A DNA stretch of 64,000 nucleotides from a virus. Position numbers and translations under genes: made by a program. The notes beneath the pieces are model-generated. The model had not been told where the DNA came from. It made no database searches and saw only the letters and a list, made by a program, of their open reading frames with translations. Of this stretch, positions 63,113 to 64,000 are shown one piece after another. Within the stretch, counting starts at the first letter, position 1, and every line of letters starts with the position of its first letter. The stretch covers positions 120,788-184,787 of IMG/VR virus record IMGVR_UViG_3300037466_003065, one strand, 5' to 3'.

Positions 63113-63850
63113 ATGGCCACGAAGGCCCAGAAGAAGAGTCGCACGTTCGTCGGCGTCCTCAAGGACAAGACGCAGGTCAAGGTCACCGTCCGCGAGCCGT
63201 CCCAGAAGGAGTCGGTGCTGGCTACCCGCCAGTTCCGCTCGGCGTTCACCCAAGCCCTGATGGACGGCCAGCCGACCCGCTCCGTCCTACTCAAGCGGCT
63301 GGAGGACAACGGCCTGTGGTCGAAGTCCGACAAGGCCGAGTTCACCCAACTCCGCAGCGACTACATGTCCCTGCTCGAGCAGACGCAGGTGTTCCAGAAG
63401 CCCGGCGCCGAGCTGACCGACGACCAGAAGACCGTCGTCAAGCGTCGCGACGAGGCGTTCGCCGCCCTGAACGCGAAGCGGGCCGACGTCGAGACGATGC
63501 TCCAGTACACCGCCGATGCCCTGGCCGAGGATGCGCAGGCCCTGTTCCTGACCGCCTGCGTCACGGAGTACGTCGACGGCCGCCGCGTCTTCGAGAGCGT
63601 CGAGGCCCTGCAGAACAGCGAGCACCCCGAGCTCGCCGAGCGGGCCAAGTACGAGTTCATGACCTTCTCCAACGGCGTCGACTCGCAGTGGGACGAGCTG
63701 GCGAAGGAGCCCGAGGTCGAGGACAAGGGCGACGGCGAGCAGGGTCAGGAGCCCGACTCCAAGCCGGCCGCCGCCCCTGCCGATACTGAGGTGGTCGCAC
63801 CGCCGGCCGCCACCGACCCCGCGACGCAGGAGAGCCAGGCGGCGGCCTGA
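63113..63850 (+). CDS. tail assembly chaperone
   Basis: VKVTVREPS...; acidic low-complexity tail; position after tube gene. Confidence 0.65.
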   Translation: MATKAQKKSRTFVGVLKDKTQVKVTVREPSQKESVLATRQFRSAFTQALMDGQPTRSVLLKRLEDNGLWSKSDKAEFTQLRSDYMSLLEQTQVFQKPGAELTDDQKTVVKRRDEAFAALNAKRADVETMLQYTADALAEDAQALFLTACVTEYVDGRRVFESVEALQNSEHPELAERAKYEFMTFSNGVDSQWDELAKEPEVEDKGDGEQGQEPDSKPAAAPADTEVVAPPAATDPATQESQAAA

Positions 63851-63872
63851 ACTTGACGCCTCGCCGAAAACT

Positions 63873-63916
63873 GCGACCGCAGGGCCCGAGGGGGAGGCCC
63901 TGCGGTCGCCTCGTTT
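63873..63916 (+). terminator. 14-bp GC hairpin after tail chaperone
   Basis: GCGACCGCAGGGCC/GGCCCTGCGGTCGC, then CTCGTTT. Confidence 0.6.
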
Positions 63917-63928
63917 GTGGAGATTGAC

Positions 63929-64000
63929 GTGACCGACAACGCCTTCCGCCACTGGATGACGCCGGACGGCCGCCTCCGGCCCGAAAAGGTCGAAGACCTG
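63929..64000 (+). CDS. partial CDS (next tail gene)
   Basis: GTG after GGAG; runs off the window. Confidence 0.55.
   Translation, partial: MTDNAFRHWMTPDGRLRPEKVEDL

Noticed and set aside
1-64000. Prophage boundaries, integrase or lysis cassette
   Set aside because: No integrase, att-flanked host genes or endolysin are recognisable in this window; the small TM proteins alone do not justify a holin call.

Overview
The whole 64-kb window looks like part of a large, high-GC (roughly two-thirds GC by eye) tailed dsDNA phage with a siphovirus-like, SPbeta-type head module. The host cannot be assigned from the sequence. (1) Left arm, 1-33.6 kb: about 70 tightly packed minus-strand early genes. Recognisable products are a RuvB-like helicase (cut by the window edge), an HExxH peptidase, rIIA, rIIB, a DpdA/TGT-like deazaguanine transglycosylase, a UDG-fold protein, a C5-cytosine methyltransferase with an AbrB/SymE-like N-terminus, DUF5983/DUF6283-like proteins and an RHH protein. 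(2) Central strand-switch region, 30.4-38.6 kb, rich in non-coding signals: an array of nine 18-bp pseudo-palindromes at about 45-bp period, a second cluster of the same motif at 38.1 kb, about 1.3 kb plus 0.3 kb of densely folding ORF-less sequence around one gene enclosed by a 36-bp inverted repeat whose mismatches are mostly G-U wobbles on the minus strand, a G-tract block, an apparently nuclease-dead LAGLIDADG gene and a non-canonical tRNA-like element. (3) Right arm, 38.6-64 kb, plus strand: two sigma70-like factors, thermonuclease, RNase HII, HD protein, terminase, portal, protease, scaffold, decoration protein, major capsid, a histone-H1-like protein, neck proteins, tail tube and tail chaperone. 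The best candidates for an undescribed system are the giant structured RNA with its embedded gene and the 18-bp interspaced repeat array. All family assignments are from motif recognition, not database searches.
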